Below, piece after piece: positions 42,673 to 57,438 of a DNA stretch of 64,000 bases. This stretch comes from Rhizophagus irregularis. Its lineage: Eukaryota. Both the position numbers and the translations under genes were made by a program. The notes beneath the pieces were generated by a model. That model was not told where the DNA came from. It saw only the letters and a program-made list of their open reading frames with translations, and made no database searches. The stretch spans positions 1,364,001 to 1,428,000 of the forward strand of contig NC_089429.1 of assembly GCF_026210795.1 (NCBI RefSeq), given 5' to 3'. How positions within the stretch are numbered: position 1 is the first letter of the stretch; each line of letters starts with the position of its first letter.

Positions 42673-43436
42673 TATCACAGAATATTTTTTCTTATTTTTA
42701 TTTTTTATTTTTATTGTTTTCATTTTATTTATTTCTATTTTTATCTTTTAATTATTTTTAGTTATTTTTAGATAGATTACTTGTAGTTGATTTTGGTTGT
42801 TTATAGATTAGATAAAAAGCGGAAGCTTAGCGATGTAAAATGGCTGAATATAAGTAGCTGTATAGACAAATGTGCCCAGATCGCCACAATTGGCCGGAAG
42901 GCGATTATGGTAAAATGACAGTTCTGGACGAAAGGACAGAATCGTATTAATATTTTGACGTTATAAAAAGGGTTGGTGTTGGAAGGAATTTTAGTTTAGT
43001 TCAGTTTGATATCATAAAGTTTTATTGTTATAAGATAGATATCAGGATATTACAGAGCGCCAGTTGAGGCAGTAATATCGTATTCTTTTTATTAATGAAT
43101 AAACTTGTCGATTTGCTTCCGAATTATTGATACATATTTTATTACGTTGTTTATTATCATTTTATTATCATTTATTAACAATTATTAATTTTCGCTATAC
43201 ATCGTTGATTTACTATATACACTTATAACTAATTGTTATCATAAACATACTATCCGATTTACTCCTAATCCATTATATCATTTATTATTGCCTATAATCG
43301 TTCATTATCGACTATTCATATATACACATTTACTTTACCGATTGTTATATATCGCCATATTACCTTACCACTCACATACTGATCCTTATTTTTCTTTCTG
43401 TTACTACCTACCAAACGTTATAAATCGGTGGTAACA
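42673..43436 (+). mobile_element. Probable solo LTR
   Basis: Insertion relative to the empty site at ~18270; termini tatcac (TG>TA) ... gtaaca; 4-bp TSD acat; TATAAAA at ~42962 and AATAAA at ~43098. Confidence 0.7.
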
Positions 43437-44186
43437 ACATTATCACTGACATTGACATTGTCATTGTCATTTACATAAAGTTATATAAGATTAATTTGAG
43501 AGTTTTTTACCAAAAAGGAAATTTTTTTATAAAAAGAGAAATGATTTTCAATTTCGAGGCAATTCAGCAGGTGTTTTAATAACAAATTGAGAAATGATTT
43601 CCATAGAAAATCTCGTGACAAAATTTATAATATATTTAAAAATAAATGATCAACAAATGATCAACAAAATTGTTACTAGTTTTATAAAAAACGCCTAATA
43701 ATATCTTTTTATTGTTTTAACTTACAAAATTTATATAAATATTTGCTAATTTTTTGTATAAATACAATTTTAATTGCAAATTACATGTTTTAATAAAATA
43801 ATATTTTAAATATTTACAATATTTAACAAATTTTATAATTTGACTAATTTTTAAAAGTTGTTTATAGTAAAAATACTTCAATAATTATTTAATTTTAATA
43901 AAATTTAAAGTATAATCTAAGGTTGCTTGGCGAAACTTGGAAGTTTAGACAAGTGTTGAAATCAAAACTAGTTTAAACATTTTGTTAAAAAGTAAAAAAA
44001 TTGCGAAACTGCGAAACTGCGAAAAGTTTAGACATATTTTTATATAGTAATTTAATGAAGTTTCGCCATTTACTATAGTAAATCATATGAATTAGTATAT
44101 TATGTATATCTTTTCCTATAAAAGTTAGAATACATTTATCTGAATTTACCGAATTGCAGAAAAACATTTGATCTGATTTTCGTGTA

Positions 44187-47100
44187 CAGTCAACTCCCTC
44201 TATAGTCACTCCCGTTATAGTCACATTCTACTATATAGTCACACCAGTTGAATGTTCAAAACACTTTATTATTAAAATCTATCCTATATAGTCACAATCT
44301 ATCTATAGTCACTATCACACCTATCCTCAAAAATCTTATATTAAAAAGAACTGTTTATAATCACAGTTATATAAAGAATATATTAAATAACTTGGCATCT
44401 AATAATCGTACAAAGTTGTATCATAGCTTGTTAGAATCGTCTCACTGAGACGAATCGAATAGTGGTAGTTTTATCCTTTCCTTTGCTAGTGTTTACGGCC
44501 AGACCACCCATTGCCTCTTATGAGACTAATCTCGGATCTGTGTTCTATCATCTTCACTGGGCAACCATTATACCGAGTACTTAATTCCTCAGGTAACAGC
44601 ACCACTATAGAAGACATCCCCCATCGGGCCATTTTAGGCTGATCTGAAGCTAGGTACACGCCGCCTACTCATCCTATATCCATTGCATGATACTGATACT
44701 CAATTTATTTTACGACCTTTAGAGAGCATCTACTTTCATGGAGGACTTTTGACAGGTAACATCAACCATCTAATACTCTTCCATACCACCATTTTAAGTA
44801 CTAAGTCTCACTCAAAGGCCACTACAGCCCGCGATTACCTAGCACCGATAGTACAGTTGTTTACCCCAATTGGTATACTTTGTAGTGACCACTCGGACAG
44901 GAAGTAGCAGGCTTCTGTTCAGGATCATCCCTTATGGTGGGTATCAACCACCAGGGATCACCAACCAGGACCCAAGAAGTGGGGAATCGAACCCCATAAC
45001 CATGCTATCTGTTCTGTGCACAAACACCTTTGGCTTATTCCTAAGACCTAACAGAAGGTCAAACTACCACTAAGACATTGCACCCTCAGCTTTACCATCT
45101 AGGATGATCATCTAGCCATTACTGATCCCAAGTGGTATCGTGGAGTGACCACCTGAACAGGAAGTCCCCCCAAGGTATAGTAGTGACCTCAAGGACAGGA
45201 CTGCGCACATACCAATGGCCTCATAGGGAACGTTAGAAGGACACCATGACCCTTAATTGAAATGTGCGGCCTAACCGTACACACTAATTCACCATGATGC
45301 AGTCCAACTACACTAATCCCTGTACCTTCACGCTATTGGTTGTAGCGTCTGCAGTAAAATTCTTTTTATTTCCGTGGTCATGGGAATCGAACCTGCGACC
45401 TCACCATACTCAGGCTTAATGAGGGTCTCAGTGACTAACCACCGAGATAGGGTGACCAACCCTAGTTTTATCCTTTTCCTTTGCTAATGTTTACGGCCAG
45501 ACCACCCATTGCCTCTTATGGAGACTAATCTCGGGTCTGTGTCCTATCATAGTTTTATCCTTTTCCTTTGCTAATGTTTACGGCCAGACCACCCATTGCC
45601 TCTTATGAGACTAATCTCGGGTCTGTGTCCTATCATCTTCAATGGGCAACCATTATACCGAGTACTTAATTCCTCAGGTAACAGCACCACTATAGAAGAC
45701 ATCCCCCATCGGGCCATTATAGGCTGATCTGAAGCTAGGTACACGCCGCCTACTCATCCTATACCCATTGCATGATACTGATACTCAATTTATTTAACGA
45801 CCTTTAGAGAGCATCTACTTTCATGGAGGACTTTTGACAGGTAACATCAACCATCTAGTACCCTTCCATACCACCATTTTAGGTACTAAGTCTCACTCAA
45901 AGGCCACTACAGCCCGCGATTACCTAGCACCGATAGTACAGTTGTTTACCCAAGTGGTATACTTTGTAGTGACCACTCGGACAGGAAGTAGCAGGCTTCT
46001 GTCCAGGATCACCCCTATGGTGGGTATCAACCACCAGGGATCACCAACCAGGACCCAAGAAGTGGGGAATCGAACCCCATAACCATGCTACCTGTTCTGT
46101 GCACGAACACCTTGGTTGGTCTAAGACCTAATAGAAGGTCAAACTACCACTAAGACATTGCACCCTCAGCTTTACCATCTAGGACAACCATCTAGCCATT
46201 ACTGACCCCAAGTGAGGTATCGTGGAGCGGACCACCTGGGAACAGGAAGCCACCCCCTCAAGCATAGTGAGTAGCGACCGCGAAGGACAGGGACTACGCA
46301 TACCAATGGCCTCATAGGGAACGTTAGAAGGACACCATGACCCTTAGTTGAAATGTGCGGCCTAACCGTACACACTAATTCACCATGATGCAGTCCAACT
46401 ACACTAATCCCTGTACCTTCACGCTATTGGTTGTAGCGTCCGCAGTAAAATTCTTTTTATTTCCGTGGTCATGGGAATCGAACCTGCGACCTCACCATAC
46501 TCAGGCTTAATGAGGGTCTCAGTGACTAACCACCGAGATAGGGTGACCAACCCTAGTGTTTTATCCTTTTCCTTTGCTAATGTTTACGGCCAGACCACCC
46601 ATTGCCTCTTATGAGACTAATCTCGGGTCTGTGTCCTATCATCTTCAATGGGCAACCATTATACCGAGTACTTAATTCCGCAGGTAACAGCACCACTATA
46701 GAAGACATCCCCCATCGGGCCATTATAGACTGATCTGAAGCTAGGTACACGCCGCCTACTCATCCTTAATCCATTGCATGATACTGGTACTCAATTTATT
46801 TTACGACCTTTAGAGAGCACCTACTTTCATGGAGGACTTTCGACAGGTAACATCAACCATCTAGTACCCTTCCATACCACCATTTTAGGTACGAGGTCTC
46901 ACTCAAAGGCCACTACAGCCTGCGATTACCTAGCACTGATAGTACAGTTGTTTACCCCAAGTGGTATACTTATGTAGTGACCACTCGGACAGGAAGTAGC
47001 AGGCTTCTGTCCAGGATCACCCCTTATGGTGGGTATCAACCACCAGGGATCACCAACCAGGACCCTCAAGAAGTGGGGAATCGAACCCCATAACCATGCT

Positions 47101-49231
47101 ACCTGTTCTGTGCACGAACACCTTGGTTGGTCTAAGACCTAACAGAAGGTCAAACTACCACTAAGACATTGCACCCTCAGCTTTACCATCTAGGACAACC
47201 ATCTAGCCATTACTGACCCCAAGTGGTATCGTGGAGTGACCACCTGAACAGGAAGTCCCCCCCAGGTATAGTAGTGACCTCAAGGACAGGACTGCGCACA
47301 TACCAATGGCCTCGCCAGGGAACGTTAGAAGGACACCATGACCCTTGTTGAAATGTGCGGCCTAACCGTACACACTAATTCACCATGATGCAGTCCAACT
47401 ACACTAATCCCCGTACCTTCACGCTATTGGTTGTAGCGTCCGCAGTAAAATTCTTTTTTATTTCCGTGGTCATGGGAATCGAACCTGCGACCTCACCATA
47501 CTCAGGCTTAATGAGGGTCTCAGTGACTAACCACCGAGATAGGGTGACCAACCCTGTTTTATCCTTTTCCTTTGCTAATGTTTACGGCCAGACCACCCAT
47601 TGCCTCTTATGAGACTAATCTCGGGTCTGTGTCCTATCATCTTCAATGGGCAACCATTATACCGAGTACTTAATTCCTCAGATAACAGCACCACTATAGA
47701 AGACATCCCCCATCGGGCCATTATAGGCTGATCTGAAGCTAGGTACACGCCGCCTACTCATCCTATACCCATTGCATGATACTGATACTCAATTTATTTA
47801 ACGACCTTTAGAGAGCATCTACTTTCATGGAGGACTTTCGACAGGTAACATCAACCATCTAGTGCCCTTCCATACCACCATTTTAGGTACTAAGTCTCAC
47901 TCCAAAGGCCACTACAGCCCGCGATTACCTAGCACCGATAGTACAGTTGTTTACCCCAAGTGGTATACTTTGTAGCGACCACTCGGACAGGAAGTAGCAG
48001 GCTTCTGTCCAGAATCACCCCTTATGGTGGGTATCAACCACCAGGGATCACCAACCAGGATCCAAGAAGTGGGGAATCGAACCCCATAACCATGCTACCT
48101 GTTCTGTGCACGAACACCTTGGTTGGTCTAAGACCTAACAGAAGGTCAAACTACCACTAAGACATTGCACCCTCAGCTTTACCATCTAGGACGACCATCT
48201 AGCCATTACTGACCCCAAGTGGTATCGTGGAGTGACCACCTGAACAGGAAGTCCCCCCCAAGGTATAGTAGTGACCTCAAGGACAGGACTGCGCACATAC
48301 CAATGGCCTCATAGGGAACGTTAGAAGGACACCATGACCCTTAGTTGAAATGTGCGGCCTAACCGTACACACTAATTCACCATGATGCAGTCCAACTACA
48401 CTAATCCCTGTACCTTCACGCTATTGGTTGTAGCGTCCGCAGTAAAATTCTTTTTATTTCCGTGGTCATGGGAATCGAACCTGCGACCTCACCATACTCA
48501 GGCTTAATGAGGGTCTCAGTAACTAACCACCGAGATAGGGTGACCAACCCTTGTTTTATCCTTTTCCGATCACTGGCTGACGAGTTATTCAACAAAATGT
48601 TAAACATCGGCATTATAATATTTCTTGATTTACGTTTACTGCGCCATTTAACATTTTGCTAGATTTCTCAGTACCTAGTGATTGTAAAAAGACGATTTAT
48701 AGCTCGTTGGAATCGCCTCATCGAGACGAATCGAATGGTGGTAAGCTCATCTCTCTGTGATCAATATTGACGGAGTTATTACTTAAAAACCATTTAAATT
48801 TTTTAATTTCGGAAATTGATCTAGTGATTGGATTTCGATGTATTTTATACCATTAGATTCGTCGCATCAAGACGAATCAAATGGTAGTAAGATCGTCTCT
48901 TTAGGATCAATATTAGCAGAGTTATTACACAAAAACCATTAATATTTTTTTAATTTCGGAAATTAATCTAGTGATTGGATTTCGACGTATTTTATACCAT
49001 TAGAACCGTCTCATCAAGACGAATCGAATGGCAGTAAGATCATCTCTCTACGATTAATATTGGCGAAGTTACGATACAATAAAGTTTTAAGTATAATTCT
49101 GGCTAAAATTATGTTAATTTTTGGCCGGAATTATGATATACAAATATAAGAAATTTTTTATATAGTCACATCTCTTTATAATCACCAAATATGGACTGTC
49201 CCAAATGTGTGACTATAAAGAGAGTTGACTG
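44187..49231. mobile_element. Non-autonomous Tc1/mariner(pogo)-type element nested in the hAT
   Basis: 23-bp TIRs cagtcaactccctctatagtcac / gtgactataaagagagttgactg; TA TSD. Confidence 0.88.
44482..48550 (-). mobile_element. Tandem stack of four ~1-kb tRNA-headed SINE-like elements plus one 71-bp truncated copy
   Basis: GC-richer near-identical units separated by ttttatccttttcc; the minus-strand 5' head contains the GGTTCGATTCC B-box. Confidence 0.75.
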
Positions 49232-49374
49232 TAATTAAAAATTTCTCACATTTTATTTTTCTATCAGATTTCTTTTAATTAATCATAAAAATTGTACAAA
49301 TATTTTTTTAAAGTAATAAAATTTTAAAATTTTATGTGTTTAAAATGACTTTATTAATTTTATTTACAAATTAT

Positions 49375-50914
49375 TTATTGATTTTCATTTACATATTTAT
49401 TTAATAAGTCATTAACATTGTAATTCAATATACCCCTACCATTTGTATCATCAACAATCTCATCATCTATTAAAACAATATTTTCATCATTATTATTCTT
49501 TTCATTATCAATAAAATCATCATCTAAATCTTTAGGTATATTACCAATACCATTCAAAATTAAATCATTTGATAAATCAATTTCATTTTCAATCCAAATA
49601 TTTTCAATTAATACAATAAAAAAGCTGATCTGATCTGATCCATTTTGGATCAGATCCGCGGATACGAATCAGATTGGATTTTTTTTGGAACACTACTTGA
49701 AGTGGTCCATCTAGTTATGCAATATGATTTAAGACCACCGCCTTTAATGCCAGATTCTTCAATCAATTTTCAAAATTTACCACCTATTTTATCAACAATT
49801 AATTAATGTAATTAATATTTAAATGTTGAATCTTTTGCTAATTCGCAAGATTAAAGTATATCTCTTACCAGCCATATGTGAATTGCGAAAAAAGGTGGTT
49901 AATATATTTACTCTACGAAGTAATCTATCTGCAAAATTGTAGCTAACTATATCACATGCAATTAAATTAATGCGGTGTGATATACACCGAATGCTCTCAA
50001 TTTTTGGATACTTTTCATTAATAATCTTTCTTGCTTTTCTAATATTGGCTGCATTATCTGACACGATTGCAAAAATCCGTTCAAATCCCACTTTTTTGAT
50101 AACTTCTTCAATTTGTACAGCCAAATACTCAGCTGTATGCGAATCTAATGATAGATCTGAAAGTTGGTACAGATACTCCTTTCGTGATGGCATGAAAAGT
50201 ATAAAGTTCCAGATAAATTGGTAACGTCCAAAAGTCCATCCATCCAGAGCTTTACAATAAAAGAAATAAGAAAATTTAAAATTAATAATATAATATAATA
50301 GAAAAGGTAAAAGAATTATAATTTACTTACTGAGAGTCAAATTATGCTGATTCATAATATCCTCATTCATCTTTTTATAAACATTACATAACTCAGTTTC
50401 AAGTAAACGGCCAGATAAATATTCTCATGTTGGAGGATCGTAACCAGCGTTAAGTTCTTTCAAAAAATCAATAAAAAAAGGGTGCTCCACAATTCTATAC
50501 GCTATCCCACAACAAATGAAAAATTTCACAAAAGCACAATTGATTCGATTTATCCTTGCTTCTGGAAGGTTAGTTGAATCATGAAAAGCCATTATAGTGG
50601 TTCAACTGACCACAGACTTATCAACCTTTCTTTTTTTGTTAGAAGTATTTCCCGATTTCTAACCTTCTCCATATATTCATGTAAAACAAGTTGCAGCACA
50701 TTTGAGCAATGGTTCGCAAGATGTTCCTCTAAAATAGGTGTTTTGCCACGTTTTCATGTTTTTGAACAATATTTACACTCAGCTTCAAATTTTCCAGGAG
50801 AAACTGCGATTTTTTTGATGAAATGCTGCTAAATTGGTCCTAAGGGTCATCCACCTGCATGTTTTTCCTTTCCAGATCTTTGAGTTTCTAGATTAATAGG
50901 TGTTATTGAATCCA
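49375..50914 (-). pseudogene. hAT transposase pseudogene (BED finger plus DUF659-like region)
   Basis: AECKYC near 50770; LDGW near 50245; IVSDNAANIRKARKII...IRCISHRINLIA in ORF 49819-50193; stops, frameshifts and an internal deletion. Confidence 0.85.
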
Positions 50915-52281
50915 TTTAAATAAATGTTTAATAAAAAATTAAAATTTGAAAAAAGAGATGCGAAAAAATTTTTTTTAATGAATAATATAATTTATAGTAA
51001 TTTACACATTGTCACATTGATAACTTAGCTATTATTATTATATAGTATTGACTATTAAGATTTGGTTTGAATAATTTAAATTAGTAAATATAATACCAAA
51101 TAAATGTGGCAAAATTATTTAACTAAAAATGTAAATACATACCTGCCATTGTACTAAATAAAGCTTTGGCCTTTGTGTTGTGACGGCAGAATTTCTTTTA
51201 AATTAATCAATAAAGAGGAATTATTCATTTTTGTTAAAGGGGATCTTTGTTTGACCGCAAGTCTTTGTGTATGAGCAGTTTTAACTGGTACAAAAGCAAG
51301 TGTATTAAACAATTTGCGTGCAGTACCTATTAATAGCTCACTCTCTTAGTCTCCTTAACTTACACAAAGTAAATATTGCTAACATAATTTTTGCTAATGT
51401 AATGTATTGCTAACGTAATATTACTAATGTATTGCTAGCAAAGAGCAACATTTTATTGAAAATGAGTTTTGGTAAATTAAAATATTCTGATCAATAGCAC
51501 CTGATTATCAAGATCGTCACATTTTATTGGCTAAAACATTTCGCCACAGTTTCAACATTTCACATAATTTCAACATTTCGATATTGTCAAAACGTTTTGT
51601 TACCAGTTTAAACATCATTAAGTAAAGTTTCAACATTTTGCGAAATCTCAAATGAGTTTCGCCTGGCAACCTTAGTATAATCATTTTAATTGATTATAAA
51701 ACAGTATGTAAAATTTGAGAATATGTTATTTATAGAATTATTGAATAAATATACTGTTACACAAAATGCAGATCATTTAGTTAAAACACTAAAAGATTTG
51801 TTGGTTGCCGATCGTACTAAAATAGAAAAGCTTGATTTGAAATGTATTTATATAATCAGCAAATCAATACCAAAGATGGGGGATCAGCATCTTAAAATGG
51901 AAATCACTCAAAAACTAATCTTATGTTAACGTTAAGTTAACGTTAACCTATCATGACATGTCAATCATTTCAAGTCATAACAATAACGTGACGCGCCACC
52001 CACCCACCCATAGGGTGATATTGCACTTATATAGAATGATCTTTCTTGCTTAAAAATTATGGGATAAAATTTTTAGCAAATCATGTGAAAACTGAATAAT
52101 TTTTTTGTTAGCCAAAAATGATCAACAACCGGATGACAAATTTTAATATTATGTAAATAAACAATTTGTTTGTATTACTTATTTAAATATAGATACATTT
52201 TTTTTTTATTTTGAACCAAAAAATAAACAATAATCAAATGGTAAATTTTCATTATCGTCGTCATTACATTATCGTTATAAT

Positions 52282-52632
52282 TAAAGTTCCCTGCCGAAAT
52301 TAGGGAGTTTCGGCATGTCAAAATTGTCAAAACTATTTTGACATGTCAAAATTGTCGAAACCTAAAAATATTACATTTCACGTAATAACTCGGCGTCCAA
52401 TGATCATAGAAAGATGCACCATAGCTCGTTGGAATCGTCTCATAACGACAAGTTGAATGGTGGCTAAATCGTCTTTCTACGATCATTGGACGCCGAGTTA
52501 TTACGTGAAACGTAATATTTTTAGGTTTCGACAATTTTGACATGTCGAAACTATTTCGGCATTTCGGCATTTCTACAGGTTTTAGTTTCGACATTTCGAC
52601 AATAGCCTGTAGAGTTTTGGCAGGCAACTTTA
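52282..52632. mobile_element. hAT-type palindromic MITE
   Basis: TIRs taaagttccctgcc / ggcaggcaacttta; perfect 8-bp TSD gttataat. Confidence 0.9.
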
Positions 52633-55600
52633 GTTATAATGCTATCATGAAAATTTTTTCAGGGTAGTAATTCTAAAAATGATTAACAATCAGATAATAA
52701 GATTGTTGTTTTATTATAATGTTATCATAAAATTTTTTTTTCTCAACAATTGGATGATAAAATTAAATAAATGTTATATCAAGTAATTTTTTATTTTGAA
52801 ACAAAACAATAAACAACAACTAAATGGTAAAATTTCATTATCATTGTCTTATTATTATGATATTCAGTTATCATAATTTTCCAGAACTAAAAATGATCAA
52901 CAATCGGATAGTAGAATTGTTTTATTACAATATAATCATGAAAAATTTTTTTCCAGAGCCGTAATTCCAAAAATGATGATAGTAAATATTAAATAAATGC
53001 TTTATCAAGTAATAAACAATCTTTCTGTATTGTTATTTAAAGTTAATCACATATTCTGATATATATATTTTTTTATTTTTAAACCAAAAAATAAACAACA
53101 ATCAAGATAATTAACCTTAAAATGATTAACAAGTGAAATAACTAAGCCAAAAATGATTAACAAGCAAAATAAACCGAAAATGATCATCCTTTACCAAATG
53201 AGAAAAAAATTATGTTAATAGCTAGTTAAGAGTAATTTCTCATTTTTTTTTATAGATATGTTAAATATAATCAAAAATTTTGCAAATAAAGTGAAAGTTA
53301 TGGTTTGGCTAGAAAAGCCCGGCGAGCGAAGCGAGCCAAATGAAATTGCATCATCATAATAAATCACATGAATATTTAATACACAATCACATGATCTACC
53401 AGTAATTTTTCCACCAGTTAAAATTTAGAAATTCTCTTTAAATCTTAAAAACTATTTATCATAATAATTATGATACTGTATGGTAGTATAAACCAACTTA
53501 ATTAAAAAAAAAGTCAGAATTATTACAGTTCTAATTATACTATGACTATAGCTCCCTGCCATGTTTAATGTTAACTTGTTAATATGTAAAATACTAATTG
53601 ATATTTTGAAATATTTTACATAATAATATATACTAAAATTTTACAGGCTATTTTATATTCTTTAAAAGTAATTATATATTAAATTATATTAAAATTGAAT
53701 AGTTATTGAAATACTTTTACTATTAACAACTTTTAAAAATTAGTCAAATTATAAAATTTGTTAAATATTGTAATAAATATTTAAAATATTATTTTATTAA
53801 AACATGTAATTTGCAATTAAAATTGTATTTATACAAAAAAATTAGCAAATATTTATATAAATTTGTAAGTTTAATATTGGCTAATTTTTGCTAAAATTGT
53901 AAATTTAAATTTACCATTAATTTTATTAAGAAAATTACTTTTATTTATTAAGTAAACTGATTTCTCATAAAAATTTACATATATTTATATATTTAAAAGT
54001 AATATTTACCTTTTACCAATAAGTTGCATCTGGAGGTTGAAACTATAAAAGTTGGCTCAATATAAATTTTTTATAAAAGTATTATATTTAAAAAAAAAAG
54101 CATTTAAATAAGTAAATTAGTTCCTAAAGAACAAAAATATATAAAGTTTTTATAATATATAACTTAAGAAAATTTATGTTAATATAAATACAAAAAATTA
54201 CTATTTATTAGTAATTATAAGAGAAATGAAATGACCACTGACTGATAGGTAAGTTTTGAAAATAATTTTTTAAACCTTTTAAAAAAATGTTTTTAATGTT
54301 TTTTTTTAATATTCAATTATAAGGAATTGGTTATGTTGAATTCCATAGCTAGGTAAGTTTTGAAAAAAAAATTTTCAAAACTTTAAAAAAACGTTTTTAA
54401 CATTTTTTTTCTAATACACTATTATAGGGAATCGATTACAATGAATCCCATAGGTGAGTTTCAAAAAAATTTTTTGAAACTCCTTTTTTTTATTATTTAA
54501 TTATAGGGAATCAGTTATAATAAATCCCATAAGTTCCCTATAAAAATAAGTATCACAGGTCAAAATCGAGGCTATCGGTTGCATATCGGTAGAATATGTA
54601 TATGATATGTATATGATATGCAACAATTACACACATATCGGATACCTGATATCTGTAATATTTATGCAGAAGTTCAGTGATATATATTATAGATATCATG
54701 CACATATTACACATATATCGGGTAGTATAATATCGGGCACATATCTTATACATGTCATATAAATATCATATAGATATTGGTCAGTATAATATCAGATACA
54801 TGTTATATAAATATCGGATAAATATAGGATACATATCGTACATTTATCTGACAATACGATAGATAATTTTTTCATATAATATTATAATTTAATCTGGGCA
54901 AAATTATAATTTCAGATTAATTTTTAATTTTAATTCGGGCTAAAGTAAAATTTTATTACACAAATTTTATTATTTTCAATTAAACTAAAAGTTTTATTGT
55001 TTTTTAATTAATAATAAAAAAAATTACAAAAAAATATATTATTCTATATAGCTATATAAATAATTAGATATCTGTTATCTACAAATAGTGCTTATTTTTA
55101 TCTGTTTAATATTTAAAAGAAAGAAATAGTATTTTAGTAATAAAGATATTAGTATGAATAATGTATTCGTAAAAGAAAAAGAATAGTATTAAAAAAATGT
55201 TAGTAAAAAATGGTTAGTAATAGAAAATGTTATTAGTATGTTTAGTAGTAAAATATATTAGTAAAAACAAACGTTAGTACACTGGTCAAAATTGATGTTA
55301 TCGGGCACATATCATCTACCCGATATGTGCCTGATATGTATGAGATATATGTGCGATATTTAACAATACTACACATATCAGGTACCCAATATGTGTAGTA
55401 CAAATGTAGAAATTCGGACACATATATTATACATATCAGATACATATCGGGTATATATCAGGTAGTAAAATATCAGTTACATATAGTATACATATCAGAT
55501 ACCCGATAGATTCTAATAAATATCGGACAGATATTACATACTTATCGGGCACATGATATGTGTAGTACAATTGCAGAAATTCGGTGACATATAGCATAAA

Positions 55601-55673
55601 TATCAGATAGATTTCGGATAGATATTATACATTTATCTGACTAGCATTCTATATATACCAATAACGTATAATA

Positions 55674-56606
55674 CATATGGGCTGATTTGTCTACCTTTAA
55701 TTAAAATATTGATTTTATTACATTTTTATTATACAAAATACTATATAATATACAGTAAATTGGGGATGAGTATTAAAAAATTTTTATTTAATGTTATTAT
55801 ACTATAATTTGGTAAATATTTCTTTTAAATTAATATAATTCTTAGCACTTACTATATATGTTAAAAATTTGTATTTCAACTTTAAACGTAAATATCTCCA
55901 GATCCAGTGATCCAATCGGCAAGCTCTTTTTTCGTTCATATTGCCCAGATCAAGGGCTTTCCAAAGAGCCTAAATTTATAAAAAATGGATTAGTGGATCC
56001 CAAGATATTTGCATTTAAGCATGTTAAAAAGTTCGTACCTCAACTTTAAATGTAAATATCTCTGGATCTAATGATTCAATCGGCGAGTTCTTTTTTCGCC
56101 TATAACGTCCAGAACAAGGGCTTTTCAACGAGCCTAAAATTATAGAAAACGGATCAGTGAATCTTGATATATTTGCATTTAAAGATAGTAATACAAACTC
56201 CGACATAAAATAATTATTTTTATTGTTTAAAAATATCTATTATGATACCATCTTTTATATGATATTTTTATTATATTTTTATAAACATTTATAGCTGCTA
56301 AGACTATATAAATTTTTATTTTACTTTATATTTTATTAAAATATACTTACTTTTTAATAATATATGTTAAAAATTCCATATATATAAGAAATGGGTTTTT
56401 TATTAGTGAAATGGGTTTTTTCACAGCTTTTTTACATTTAATAATTTAAGTTTCGCAAATTTAAATTTTTGTTCAACTTATTATTTAGTCAAGTGATCAT
56501 CAATCAGATGATTTTTTGGTATTACAAAACAATTTTGAGTAACAAAAATTATGAAAATCAATTTAATAACTCCTTTTAATGCAGAGTAAACAAATCAGCC
56601 CATATG
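55674..56606. mobile_element. Nested TIR element with 3-bp TSD
   Basis: TIRs catatgggctgatttgt / acaaatcagcccatatg; TSD ata; internal inverted repeat ~55875-56185. Confidence 0.8.
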
Positions 56607-57438
56607 ATACACATTTCAGATAGTAGTATTTATGCTAATTTAATAGATTTATAATTTAAATTCAATTGTTAAAAGTTTTATTTATATTTTTTAAAAATAT
56701 TACAAAAAAAAATTATTATTTTATATAAATTCAATTAAAATTATGTAGATACTAATTTATAATTAATGTGTTCACTTGTTTGTTGCTTAGTATTTGTATT
56801 TTCATTTAATAATTTGATATTTAAATAATAATAAAAAATGTTAAAGAGAGTGAGAGATTAGTGTTAGAAAATATTAGTATAAATATTAGTAAATAGAAGT
56901 GTAGTAGAAAATGTTAGTAAAAACATTAGAAGTATTAATAAAAAATATTTAGTAGTAAAATATAAAAAGAAATGTTAGTAGAAGTGTTAAAAAAAGTTTA
57001 GTACGTAGCATAGTAATAGAAACATTAGTAGGAGAAAAACATATTAGTAAGAACATTAAGAAAAGAGATATAACAGAAAATGTTAGAAAAAAAATGGCAA
57101 TAAAAAATATACCTTTGTATTTATTTTGGACAAAACAATAAAATAAAAATTTTTAAAAGAGAAAAGATTTTAAGAAAAAAAAAAAAAAAAAAAAAAAAAA
57201 ACGCGAAAGACAAATAAATAAAAAAATCGTATTACCACGTGATTAACAATAATTATTAATTTTTATTGGCTATTTAGGTAATTATTGATTTTAAATTGGT
57301 TTGTGTAATGCATTTATACTAAAAGTACATTCAATTACACTCAATTGCACTGCAGTTAAACTCTTTATCACTTTAAATACAAAATCATACATTTCTACGC
57401 TGTATATACCAATTAGTCATCTATCGGTCACCTATCAG

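Larger units (their letters stand above)
43918..51674 (-). mobile_element. hAT transposon with decayed transposase
   Basis: TIRs taaggttgcttggcgaaact / agtttcgcctggcaacctta; perfect 8-bp TSD gtataatc. Confidence 0.92.

Noticed and set aside
45372..45462. Functional tRNA genes in the 1-kb units
   Set aside because: Acceptor, D and T stems are non-canonical and the sequence is embedded in a repeated unit; better read as a SINE head.
44683..48662. Short ORFs in the 1-kb units
   Set aside because: Frames differ between near-identical copies through indels; no recognisable domain.
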